In this document: piece by piece, positions 19,290-27,717 of the stretch
Position numbering within the stretch: the first letter of the stretch is position 1
Layout of the letters: each line of letters begins with the position of its first letter
Assembly (NCBI GenBank): GCA_964346545.1
Contig: CAYFVR010000001.1
Location: forward strand, 11,440 to 52,622
DNA length: 41,183 nt
Source: an uncultured Desulfobacterales bacterium
Lineage (GTDB): Bacteria > Desulfobacterota > Desulfobacteria > Desulfobacterales > Desulfococcaceae
Direction of reading: 5' to 3'
Made by a program: the position numbers and the translations under genes
The notes under the pieces: generated by a model
The model's database searches: none
What the model was told of the DNA's origin: nothing
The model's input: only the letters and a program-made list of their open reading frames with translations

Positions 19290-22200
19290 ATGTTGAACCT
19301 AATGAAGCTGGAAAATCGGATTGTGCTGGACGCGGCGGGCATGGACGCCGCCATGGACCATGCCGCCGACGGACCGGATGACGTCGGACCCAATCCGGAC
19401 GCGGAATCCGCCTCAATTCCCGACGCCCCCGACGTACATGCCGGCGCCGTCGCCGAAGTCGCCACCATGCTGTCCGCCGACGAAGGGGACGCCGCCGACG
19501 GAAGGCCGGAAGACATCGGCCCGATTCTCCGCCCCGCCGAGGGCTCCGACCCGTTGAACGTCGTGCTGATCGCCGACAATCTCCCGGATTTGCAAACGCT
19601 AAGGGACGCGATTCATCCCGACGCCAAAGTCATCGAATACGACGCCGACGCGGAATCGGCCCAAGAGGTGGTCGCTCGCGTGACCGCCGTCGCCGAATCG
19701 AACGGGTCGATTGAATCGCTGACCTTGTTGTCCCACGGCGGCAGTGGCTTTTTCCAGCTCGGCAACGAACGCATAACTACGGACAATCTCTCCGACAACG
19801 CGACCGCATGGAGAGCGCTGGATGAAGCCATGGAAGATGGCGGCCAGATTCATCTGATGGGCTGCAACGTGGCCGAAGACTCGGAAACCGGTCTGACCTT
19901 GCTGAACGGGGTGGCCGAGGCCACCCAAGCCACCGTTTTTTCCTCCAACGACATCACCGGCAAGGGGGGCGACTGGGAGCTGGAGACCGCTTCGGACGAG
20001 GCGCCCGGTCGGGCCGATCTTCCGCTGGACGTCGCCCTTCTGGGAGATTACGCCGGCCAGCTTCAGGACCCGCCGGTACAGTTCGTGCCGCCCACGGAAG
20101 TTTTCGGCCGGGAGGACGCCCGATCGGGCATCGTCATCACCCTGTTCGTTCGGAATGATGTCGATCCGGATTCCCTCCAAATCCAGGCAACCCCCGCCGG
20201 GGGAGACGACGTTATCCGACTGTCCGACATCGATCAGCCCGAGTTGGGCAGTCAAGTGCCTTATAACCCGCAACCCGGTCAGGTCCGGCCCCCCGCCGGC
20301 TACACCGGCTTCACCTGGGTGGCGTTCTACTCGCCTCAGGCCAACCAGTTTCACCCCAACGGCGATGAAACACCCATTACCGTTAGCGTCCAGTCGGGGA
20401 ACGGCGGCCAGGCGGTGGACGCAACCGAAACGTACACGCTGACCGTTGATCCCCTGAACGACGCGCCTTTTCTCAGGGAAGGTCTCGAAAGCACGGGGGA
20501 CTTCGTCGATGATTTCCGGAACGTTGGCACCATCGACATTGGCACTGTCGAAGAGGACGCCACCGATCCCGCAGGGATTCCACTGTCCACGCTCATCAAT
20601 CCGGCCATCTTGGACGTGGACGACGGTGATCCCACCGGCATTGCCATTATCGGAACGGATGTCGGCGGGGGCGGTGTCTGGCAGTTCAACAGCGGCGGCG
20701 GATGGGTGGATGTCGGCCCGGTATCCGCCGAAAGCGCGTTGGTGCTGGCGTCCAGCGTCCAGGTTCGCTTCCTCCCGCAAGGCCAATGGAGCCAGGAACA
20801 AACCGAGGCGACACTTGAATTCCGGGCCTGGGACCAGACCGACGGCAACGCCTCCGGCGCAACCGGGGTCAACACCGAGGTCGGCCCCCGCCCCTCCGAG
20901 CCGGGTGACACCGCGGCCTACAGCAAGGCGACCGGCAATCTGCGCGTCGAGGTCACCCCGGTGAACGACGCTCCGGAACCGCCAACCGTTGAAATCGACG
21001 ATCCCTACATCGAAAACGGGTTCGTGACGCCCGACCAGACCGGCGTCCCCAAGGAACTGGGCATCACCCTCGGCGAAGACCCCGACGACACCGATTTCAC
21101 CGAGGTGGTCGTGGAAATCACCGACGGCTTCCAGAACGATTCCCGGGGCGTGGACGTTCTTTTCTTGGCGGGGAGCCTTCCGTCCACCATCCAGGCCCAG
21201 GTCGAAACCGGGCGGGTGGTGTTCACGCCCGCCGACGGACTGGAATCGGCGCCGATTTCGGATTTTCAATTGGCCGTGGACCAGGTGCGGTACGAACATG
21301 CGGGCGGCCCCGATCTCCTGGGTCCGGGCGAGGAAGCGAGCGCCCTGAACGGCGACGATCCCATCGAGCGTCCCCGCGCCATCGAAGTCACCGTTTCCGA
21401 CGCCAACGCCAGCGAAGCCGACAACGGCATTCAGGATTCCACCGGCGAGGGAGAACTCCCGGTGGACGCGGTCAACGACGGGCCCGACGCCGAGCCGGAA
21501 AGCGACGAGCTGGTCTATTCCCTGAACGTGAACCAGCCCACCCGTCTTGCGCTGGTGGACAATACCTTCACGCTGGAGGATGTGGACGACGTGGATTTGG
21601 CCACGTCCAACCTGCCCCGGGGGGTCGGCGAAATTCGGGTGCGGATTGAAGATGGCTACACCGCCGCCGTGGACGAACTGGAATTTGACGGCGCGGGCTT
21701 CAACGACGTTTCCGTCAGCGTTCAGGAAGGGGGGCGGACCCTGGTGCTGACCCCGACCAACGGCCAGGCATTCACCCTTTCCCGCGCCGAAGACGTGGCC
21801 CGCCAAGTATCCTACGTCAACAACGCCGCCGACGCGGCCCAGGCCAACGAAGACGCGGATCGGGTCGTCGCCATCACCGTCACCGACAACAATTCCGGCG
21901 GCGAGGGCGACTTTTCGGAACCCCAGATTCCCGCGCCGACCGATCCGCAATTCGTGGACGGCCCCAAAAGCGACACGGTCACCCGAACCATTCAAATCGA
22001 CGCCGACGCGCCGCCCGAACTCGATTTCGGGGACGGCATCTTCGAGGACAACGGGAATCCCAACGATCCCTTCTTTTCGCCCCGGACGCCCGACCAGGTG
22101 GAAGGCTTCACGGTCCAAGACATCGTCGCCAGCTTCAACCTGCCCAACCAGCCGCCCAACCAGGGGGTCGAGGCGCTGGCCATCACGGCGGTGGACGACG

Positions 22201-24674
22201 CCAACGGCCAGTGGCAATTTCTCGATTCCACCGGCCAGTGGGCGCCCATCGACAACGGCCAGCTCGACGAGGCCAACGCCCTGTTGCTGGGTCCCACGGA
22301 CCAGATTCGGTTCATTCCGGACGAAAATTTCAACACCGACGAGGAGCCCGGCGCCGTCACGCCGACCATCACGGCCAAGTCATGGGACACCGCCGAATTC
22401 GCCGGCACCCCGGGGACTTTCGTGAACACCGTGGGCGACAACGTCGCCTTCAGCCAGGAAGGCACGGGCGAGTTGCCGGTGCTGGCCGTCAACGACCGGC
22501 CGGACATCGTTTTGGGTCCCAACCTGGACCCGGACAACGACGACGTGGTGAACGAACAACAACGGCTGGACGAGAGCGGCCGAATCACCTTCACCGGCAT
22601 CACTCTTCAGGACATCGACCTGGCCAAGGGGGAGGAAGACGGTCCCAATCCCGGCCAGATCGACCTGACGGTTTCGGTGGATCGGGCCAGCAGCCAAGTC
22701 TTTCTGGACAGTCTGGCCGGCGTCACGATTATTGGCGGAGCCAACGGCTCCCAGACCGTGACCATCCGGGGCGATTTGGCCGACGTCAGCTCCGCCATTC
22801 AGACCGGCCTTCGCTACGAGGCCGACCTGAACGAGCTGAACAACGCGGCGTCGGATCAAGCCTACGACACGATTAACATCACCTCCAACGACCTGGGCAA
22901 CGCCGGTCTTCCCGGTTCGCTCCAGGACGCGGACAACATCCAGATCGCCCTCTTCCCGGGGGACGCCCCGCCAGAGATCGACCTGGACGAAAACGACGAC
23001 GGCGGCGCCGACCCGGAAAACGACATCCCGCCGGCGGGTCCCCAGGCCCCGGGGAACGAGGACACCGGCAACTACAACGTCTTCTTCATCGAAGACAGCG
23101 ACTGCACCCCGGTGCTCATCGCCGACGAAGACATCCTGATCGCCGACGACAATGGCCTGATCCAGCGCATGACCGTGGAGTTGACAAATCGGCTGGATTC
23201 CGGCGGCCCGGCCTCCCCGCCGCCGGAACAGGGAGGGCAACTCTTGGCGCTGGACCAGAACGCCGAGTCCGGACTGCTGGAATCCCTGGGCTTTAGTCAG
23301 GACGTACTGGACGCCGTCAACGCCGATCCAAACACCAATATCACGGTGAACGTTGCCCAGCAGACCAACGCCGCCGGCCAGGTGGTGGCCTTGACGCTGG
23401 AATTCCAGGGAATCGCGTCCACCGAGGCCTATCAGCAAATCCTGAACACGGTCACCTACGACAACGACTCTCAAAACCCCAGCGACACCACCCCCGCCGG
23501 GGAGAGCGTGCGCCGGGTGGCCGCGGTGACGGTGACCGACGTGCCCATCGACGGCGAGGGCCCGGGCCAGAGCAGCACCGCCTTTTCCCGAATCGCCATC
23601 ATCCCCGTCAACGACGCGCCGGTCAACCAGGTTCCCGGTGAAATTATCGTTCCCTCCGGCACCATCGTGGACATCGGCGGCCAGCTCGACGTGGGCGACG
23701 TGGAAGGGCCGGCGGAGATGTCCGTCAACCTGGGCGTCATCTTCGGCGTCTTGAACGTCGCGGAGGGCCAAGGCGTCCAGATCGACGGCAACGGCACGGC
23801 GGACCTGACCCTGACCGGCTCCATCGAAGCGGTCAACGCGGTTCTGGATTCGCTGTCCTACGCGCCGCCGGCGAATTTCACCGGCGAGGACACCTTGACC
23901 GTCACCTCCAACGATTTCGGATACGAGGGAATCAACCCGTCCTTCGTGGGAAGCAACGGCGTCCGTTGCGTGGTTGCGCCTTTCGACGAGGCGGGAAATC
24001 CCATCGTGGACGAACGCGGCGACCTCGTCCCCGACGGGCCCGACGAAAAAACTCCCAACGATCGGGACGCCCTGACCGACGTGGACACCATTCTCATCCG
24101 GGTGGCCCAATCCGATCCGGACACCCTGCCGGAACCGCCGACGCCGCCCCCGAGCCCGCCGCTCCAGCCCATCGCCCCGCCGGACGCCGACGGTCCCGAC
24201 GGCATCAGCCCCGGCCCCGTCAATCTCCCCGGCATGGTGGGCGTAACCGGCGGGCAGGCCGGCATTTCGGCCCGCGGCATCGGCCCCGGCGGCGAGGGCT
24301 TCATGGACTTCTGCTCCATCGAGGAGGCCCTGCGCAGCCATCTGGGCTGCCGCTTCGCCAACACCCTGAATCCGGAATCCCAGTTCAGTTCCCTCTCCTG
24401 GGGCGACATGACCGACCTGGGCTGGAAGCCGCCCTCGCTGTATCTGGACGAGGAGTACGACCTGTATTCCCAGCTCTTCATGGAAGAGCCGGGCGACCCG
24501 GGCTTCAACGTGGAGGCGGGCGCCTTCGGCGTGGACCTGGGCGGCCTGCCCGAAACGCCGGAGCGGGTCTTCCGGGAAGGCCAAAACCGGGAAACCTTCA
24601 ACGAGATGGAACCCAACGAAATTCGCGAAGCCTTTTTCGCCAACCGGAAAAACCTTGATCGAACCGGACGATAA
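19290..24674 (+). CDS. Giant (1,794 aa) acidic surface/secreted-type protein with an LExR-IxL N-terminal motif, a DUF4347 domain, multiple cadherin-like/VCBS-like modules punctuated by xVNDxP, a Pro-rich linker and a distinct C-terminal domain
   Basis: GGGAGG lies 8 nt upstream of ATG 19290. The N-terminus MLNLMKLENRIVLDAAGMDAAMDHAAD has no hydrophobic signal peptide. The DUF4347 region (about 19551-19986) reads NVVLIADNLPDLQTLRDAI...VIEYDAD...IESLTLLSHGGSGFFQLGNERIT...IHLMGCNVAE...ATVFSSNDITGKGGDWELE. N-D-x-P boundary motifs (LNDAP, VNDAP, VNDGP, VNDRP, VNDAP) occur near 20457, 20964, 21474, 22491 and 23609. The Pro linker is at about 24126-24200. Confidence 0.9.
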   Translation: MLNLMKLENRIVLDAAGMDAAMDHAADGPDDVGPNPDAESASIPDAPDVHAGAVAEVATMLSADEGDAADGRPEDIGPILRPAEGSDPLNVVLIADNLPDLQTLRDAIHPDAKVIEYDADAESAQEVVARVTAVAESNGSIESLTLLSHGGSGFFQLGNERITTDNLSDNATAWRALDEAMEDGGQIHLMGCNVAEDSETGLTLLNGVAEATQATVFSSNDITGKGGDWELETASDEAPGRADLPLDVALLGDYAGQLQDPPVQFVPPTEVFGREDARSGIVITLFVRNDVDPDSLQIQATPAGGDDVIRLSDIDQPELGSQVPYNPQPGQVRPPAGYTGFTWVAFYSPQANQFHPNGDETPITVSVQSGNGGQAVDATETYTLTVDPLNDAPFLREGLESTGDFVDDFRNVGTIDIGTVEEDATDPAGIPLSTLINPAILDVDDGDPTGIAIIGTDVGGGGVWQFNSGGGWVDVGPVSAESALVLASSVQVRFLPQGQWSQEQTEATLEFRAWDQTDGNASGATGVNTEVGPRPSEPGDTAAYSKATGNLRVEVTPVNDAPEPPTVEIDDPYIENGFVTPDQTGVPKELGITLGEDPDDTDFTEVVVEITDGFQNDSRGVDVLFLAGSLPSTIQAQVETGRVVFTPADGLESAPISDFQLAVDQVRYEHAGGPDLLGPGEEASALNGDDPIERPRAIEVTVSDANASEADNGIQDSTGEGELPVDAVNDGPDAEPESDELVYSLNVNQPTRLALVDNTFTLEDVDDVDLATSNLPRGVGEIRVRIEDGYTAAVDELEFDGAGFNDVSVSVQEGGRTLVLTPTNGQAFTLSRAEDVARQVSYVNNAADAAQANEDADRVVAITVTDNNSGGEGDFSEPQIPAPTDPQFVDGPKSDTVTRTIQIDADAPPELDFGDGIFEDNGNPNDPFFSPRTPDQVEGFTVQDIVASFNLPNQPPNQGVEALAITAVDDANGQWQFLDSTGQWAPIDNGQLDEANALLLGPTDQIRFIPDENFNTDEEPGAVTPTITAKSWDTAEFAGTPGTFVNTVGDNVAFSQEGTGELPVLAVNDRPDIVLGPNLDPDNDDVVNEQQRLDESGRITFTGITLQDIDLAKGEEDGPNPGQIDLTVSVDRASSQVFLDSLAGVTIIGGANGSQTVTIRGDLADVSSAIQTGLRYEADLNELNNAASDQAYDTINITSNDLGNAGLPGSLQDADNIQIALFPGDAPPEIDLDENDDGGADPENDIPPAGPQAPGNEDTGNYNVFFIEDSDCTPVLIADEDILIADDNGLIQRMTVELTNRLDSGGPASPPPEQGGQLLALDQNAESGLLESLGFSQDVLDAVNADPNTNITVNVAQQTNAAGQVVALTLEFQGIASTEAYQQILNTVTYDNDSQNPSDTTPAGESVRRVAAVTVTDVPIDGEGPGQSSTAFSRIAIIPVNDAPVNQVPGEIIVPSGTIVDIGGQLDVGDVEGPAEMSVNLGVIFGVLNVAEGQGVQIDGNGTADLTLTGSIEAVNAVLDSLSYAPPANFTGEDTLTVTSNDFGYEGINPSFVGSNGVRCVVAPFDEAGNPIVDERGDLVPDGPDEKTPNDRDALTDVDTILIRVAQSDPDTLPEPPTPPPSPPLQPIAPPDADGPDGISPGPVNLPGMVGVTGGQAGISARGIGPGGEGFMDFCSIEEALRSHLGCRFANTLNPESQFSSLSWGDMTDLGWKPPSLYLDEEYDLYSQLFMEEPGDPGFNVEAGAFGVDLGGLPETPERVFREGQNRETFNEMEPNEIREAFFANRKNLDRTGR

Positions 24675-24679
24675 TCTTC

Positions 24680-24708
24680 GGGCGGGCCGGCGATCCACCG
24701 GCCCGCCC
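24680..24708 (+). promoter_or_regulatory. Intercistronic GC hairpin between the giant gene and the M50-adaptor gene
   Basis: GGGCGGGCCGG (24680-24690) and CCGGCCCGCCC (24698-24708) form a perfect 11-bp stem with a 7-nt loop and no T-run. The hairpin fills most of the 48-nt gap between TAA 24674 and ATG 24723. Confidence 0.5.
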
Positions 24709-24722
24709 ACCCGCCTCGCGCC

Positions 24723-26912
24723 ATGACCAACGACGCCGATTCCCCCCGCCAAAATCCGGCCGGAGCCGCGCCTTCCGCTCCCGCCACCCTGGAAGACTAC
24801 CTGGAAACGCCTTGGCGGGGGTTGCGCCCGGATTTGAAACTGTTCCCCGGCCCGGTGGAATACGACGGCCAGCGTTCCTGGGTGCTGGAAGACCCGGTGC
24901 GGGGCAACACCTATCGGCTGGGCCACGCCGAAGGCGAATTGATCTACCGCCTCGTCGCCGGCCGCTCCCCCGAGTCGGCCCTTCGCCACCTGTACCAGAC
25001 CACCACCCTCCGGCCCACCCCCGCGGACGCGATCGCCTTCCTGACCATGCTCCAGCGGGAGCGGCTGACCCGGCTGCCCGCCGACTTCGTCGAAAAATCG
25101 GCCGCGGCCGGCGGCGACGCGGGCGAGCCTTCGGCGTTGGACCAACTTCGTCAAGGAAGCATCTTTTTCCGGATTCCCCTGCTCCGTCCCGACGGATTCC
25201 TCTCGCGAACCGTCCGCTGGGCGTCCATGCTCTGGTCTCCCCCCCTCCGCTGGTTCTACCTCCTGTGCGGGCTGACCGGCCTGGCGCTCACGGCGCAGGA
25301 GATCGAGGCCTACCTGGGCACGGTCAACTACCTGTTCACCCCCCGGGGCGGGCTGGCGTTCCTGGCCTGCCTCGTCGCGCTCAAAATCGGCCACGAATTC
25401 GCCCACGCCTACGCCGCCAAGGCCATGGGGCTCCACGTCCGAAGCATGGGAATCATGCTCATCGTCGTCTGGCCGCTGCTCTACACCGACACCACCGACG
25501 CCTGGAAACTGCCCGACCGCCGGCGGCGCATGGCCATCAGCGCCGCCGGGGTGACGTTCGAACTGGCGGTGGCCGGGGTCGCCCTGTTGCTCTGGGCCAG
25601 CGTCCCGGACGGGATCGCCCGCAGCATCTTCTTTTTCCTTTCCAGCGCCTCCCTCATTTCCACGGTCCTGATCAACCTCAACCCGTTCATGCGCTACGAC
25701 GGATACTATCTGCTGATGGACCTGTGGGGCATCGACAACCTGCGGCCCCGGGCCTTCGCGGTGCTGCGCCACGGCGCCCGGCGGCTGCTGCTGGACTGGA
25801 AGGCCCCGTCGCCGGAAATTCATCCCCACCGGCGGGCCATGCTGGTCTACGGCTTTTTCGCGGCCCTCTACCGGCTCTTCATCGGGGCGACCATCGCCCT
25901 TGCGGTCTACCACCTGCTGTTCCCCGCCCTGGGGCTGGCGGTCTTCCTGCTTCAGCTCTGGCTGTTCCTGATTCGGCCGGTCATCGGGGAGGTTCGCGCC
26001 GCATGGCGGGGCCGGCGCCACTGGGGCTCCCGCTTTCGGATCGCGGCCAGCGGCCTGGGATTCGCCGGCCTGCTGGCCCTTCTGGTTCTGCCCCTGCCCC
26101 GCTTCGAGACGGTTCCCTCCCTGCTGCTGTTCCAGGAGGCGATCCGGGTGGAAGCCCCGTCCCCCGGGCGGCTCTCCGAGGCGCTCCCCGCCGAGGGACG
26201 AACCGTGACCGAGGGCGAACCCCTGGTTCGGCTAACCAGCGACACCCTGGCCTTCGAACGGGAACAGGCCGAATTCGATCTTCAAAAGGTCCGGGCCGGC
26301 ATCCGGAATCTGGGGACCAGCCCGGAGCAGGTCGCCTACGGCCGCTGGCTGGAGGCCGAGGCGGAGCGACTCCAGAGCATTCTGGACAAATATCGGGAGG
26401 CCATGGCCCAGATGGAAATCCGGGCGCCCGCCGAAGGCCGGATCGTGGACGTCAACCCGGATCTGTACGCCGGGGCCTTTCTGCGCCGGGGGGTTCACCT
26501 GTTCACGGTGATGGCGCCGTCCCGTCACGAGGTCAAGGCCTTCGTCCACGAAAAGGCCATGCCGGACCTTCGAGTGGCGGCCATCCGCGAGGCGACCGTC
26601 CGCCTGCCCGCCCCGGAGATCCCGGCCATCCGGGTCCGGCTGGCGGAGCGGAGCCGGTTTCCGGCGCATCGCCTGCCCAACCAAAGTCTGTTTGACATCG
26701 CCGGCGGCCCTATTGTATCCGTGGAAGATTCCCTGGGACGCCGGCCCCGGGACGCCTATTTCACCCTGACCTTCGAGGTGCCGGACCCGCCGCCGGGCCG
26801 CTTGGCCCATGGGCTTCCGTCCCGGATCTGGCTGCGAACGGCGGGGCGGCCGCTCTTGGTCCGCGCCGCCGCCGGCATTTGGCAACCCCTCTCCGAGCGA
26901 GGACTTTTCTGA
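24723..26912 (+). CDS. Fusion protein: cytoplasmic N-terminal domain, polytopic M50 (site-2-protease-like) zinc metalloprotease, and a C-terminal HlyD/membrane-fusion-protein-like periplasmic region
   Basis: HEFAH (25392-25406) sits inside a TM segment (LACLVALKIGHEFAHAYAAKAMG), and NLNPFMRYDG (25674-25703) is the NxxPxxxxDG second M50 motif. After further TM helices come lipoyl/beta-barrel-like adaptor motifs: IRVEAPSPGRLSEALPAEGRTVTEGEPLVRL, coiled-coil FEREQAEFDLQKVRAG...LEAEAERLQSILDKYREAMAQMEIRAPAEGRIVDV. Confidence 0.8.
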   Translation: MTNDADSPRQNPAGAAPSAPATLEDYLETPWRGLRPDLKLFPGPVEYDGQRSWVLEDPVRGNTYRLGHAEGELIYRLVAGRSPESALRHLYQTTTLRPTPADAIAFLTMLQRERLTRLPADFVEKSAAAGGDAGEPSALDQLRQGSIFFRIPLLRPDGFLSRTVRWASMLWSPPLRWFYLLCGLTGLALTAQEIEAYLGTVNYLFTPRGGLAFLACLVALKIGHEFAHAYAAKAMGLHVRSMGIMLIVVWPLLYTDTTDAWKLPDRRRRMAISAAGVTFELAVAGVALLLWASVPDGIARSIFFFLSSASLISTVLINLNPFMRYDGYYLLMDLWGIDNLRPRAFAVLRHGARRLLLDWKAPSPEIHPHRRAMLVYGFFAALYRLFIGATIALAVYHLLFPALGLAVFLLQLWLFLIRPVIGEVRAAWRGRRHWGSRFRIAASGLGFAGLLALLVLPLPRFETVPSLLLFQEAIRVEAPSPGRLSEALPAEGRTVTEGEPLVRLTSDTLAFEREQAEFDLQKVRAGIRNLGTSPEQVAYGRWLEAEAERLQSILDKYREAMAQMEIRAPAEGRIVDVNPDLYAGAFLRRGVHLFTVMAPSRHEVKAFVHEKAMPDLRVAAIREATVRLPAPEIPAIRVRLAERSRFPAHRLPNQSLFDIAGGPIVSVEDSLGRRPRDAYFTLTFEVPDPPPGRLAHGLPSRIWLRTAGRPLLVRAAAGIWQPLSERGLF

Positions 26913-26913
26913 C

Positions 26914-27717
26914 ATGGCCCGTTTTCGGCTGACGCCGCACCTTGTCCGCGCCCTTATGGCGCTTCTTCTCTCCATTCCCGCAACCGCTTTCGCCCAAGAC
27001 GCCCCGGCCCCCGGGGAATCCCCCGCGGATTCCATGGCGCCGGCGGAGCCGCCCGGCGTGTTCAAGCCCTTCCCCGTGGTGTTCGAGGCCCGCCAGAAGG
27101 CGGTGCTTTCGGCCGAGCGGGCGGGCGCCCTCACCAGCCTCAAGGCCGACGTGGGCGACACCGTCAAAAAAGGCGCGGTGATCGCCCAGGTGGACGTGGG
27201 GGAGGCCGCCCTCCGAAAAAAACGGGGGGAAGTGGCCCTCGGCCATCTGGAAAAGCAAATTCAGGAACTGACCCAGCTCAACCAGCGGGGACTGGCCACC
27301 AACGAGGAGGTGCAAAAGGTCCGCATGGAGCGGGACGTGACCCGGGCCGACGTGCAGATCTACAAGCGGCAGATCGCCCAGTCCACCATTCGCGCGCCGT
27401 TCGCCGGCATGGTGGTCCGCCGTCACGTGGAGCCCCACGAGTGGGTCACCGCCGGCCAGCCGGTGTTGGACATGGTCAATCTGGACCGCATCCGGGCCGT
27501 CGCCAACCTGCCCGCCCACATCGCCGTGCGGCTCAAGGCGGGCGACATCCACACCCTGTACATCCATGATCTGGAAGCCGAGATGAAGGGCACGGTGGAC
27601 GCCGTGGCCCCGGAGGTGGACGAGCGAAGCAATACCGCCCAAGTCATCTGGAGCGTGGACGCCGGCGGCCGACGGCTGTTGCCGGGCATGAAGGGAGAGG
27701 TCCGGGTTGAGCCGTAA
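26914..27717 (+). CDS. Periplasmic adaptor (membrane fusion protein, HlyD/RND-adaptor family), Sec-exported
   Basis: ATG 26914 lies 1 nt after the upstream stop. The signal peptide is MARFRLTPHLVRALMALLLSIPATAFA-QD. Motifs: AERAGALTSLKADVGDTVKKGAVIAQVD (lipoyl-like), a coiled coil, then TIRAPFAGMVVRRHVEPHEWVTAGQPVLDMVNLDRIRAVANLP. Confidence 0.8.
   Translation: MARFRLTPHLVRALMALLLSIPATAFAQDAPAPGESPADSMAPAEPPGVFKPFPVVFEARQKAVLSAERAGALTSLKADVGDTVKKGAVIAQVDVGEAALRKKRGEVALGHLEKQIQELTQLNQRGLATNEEVQKVRMERDVTRADVQIYKRQIAQSTIRAPFAGMVVRRHVEPHEWVTAGQPVLDMVNLDRIRAVANLPAHIAVRLKAGDIHTLYIHDLEAEMKGTVDAVAPEVDERSNTAQVIWSVDAGGRRLLPGMKGEVRVEP

Noticed and set aside
19290-24674. Canonical RTX/T1SS substrate features (GGxGxD nonapeptide repeats, a C-terminal RTX-type signal), or a Sec/Tat signal peptide, in the giant protein.
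   Set aside because: I read through the translation and found no GGxGxD-type repeats. There is no hydrophobic or twin-arginine N-terminus either. The protein therefore cannot simply be labelled an RTX adhesin.
22380-26021. Very long antisense or alternative-frame ORFs. Examples: 22380..26021 (1213 aa), 19599..22217, 17068..19215, 10277..12778, 10470..12773, 29118..31784, 31586..34534, 32083..34710, 38094..41066, 3267..4553, 5383..6261, 6211..7221, 36078..37949 upstream part.
   Set aside because: Their translations are monotonous R/G/P/A/H-rich strings with no recognisable motifs. They overlap ORFs on the other strand or frame that carry clear family signatures. Long spurious open frames are expected at this GC content because stop codons are rare.
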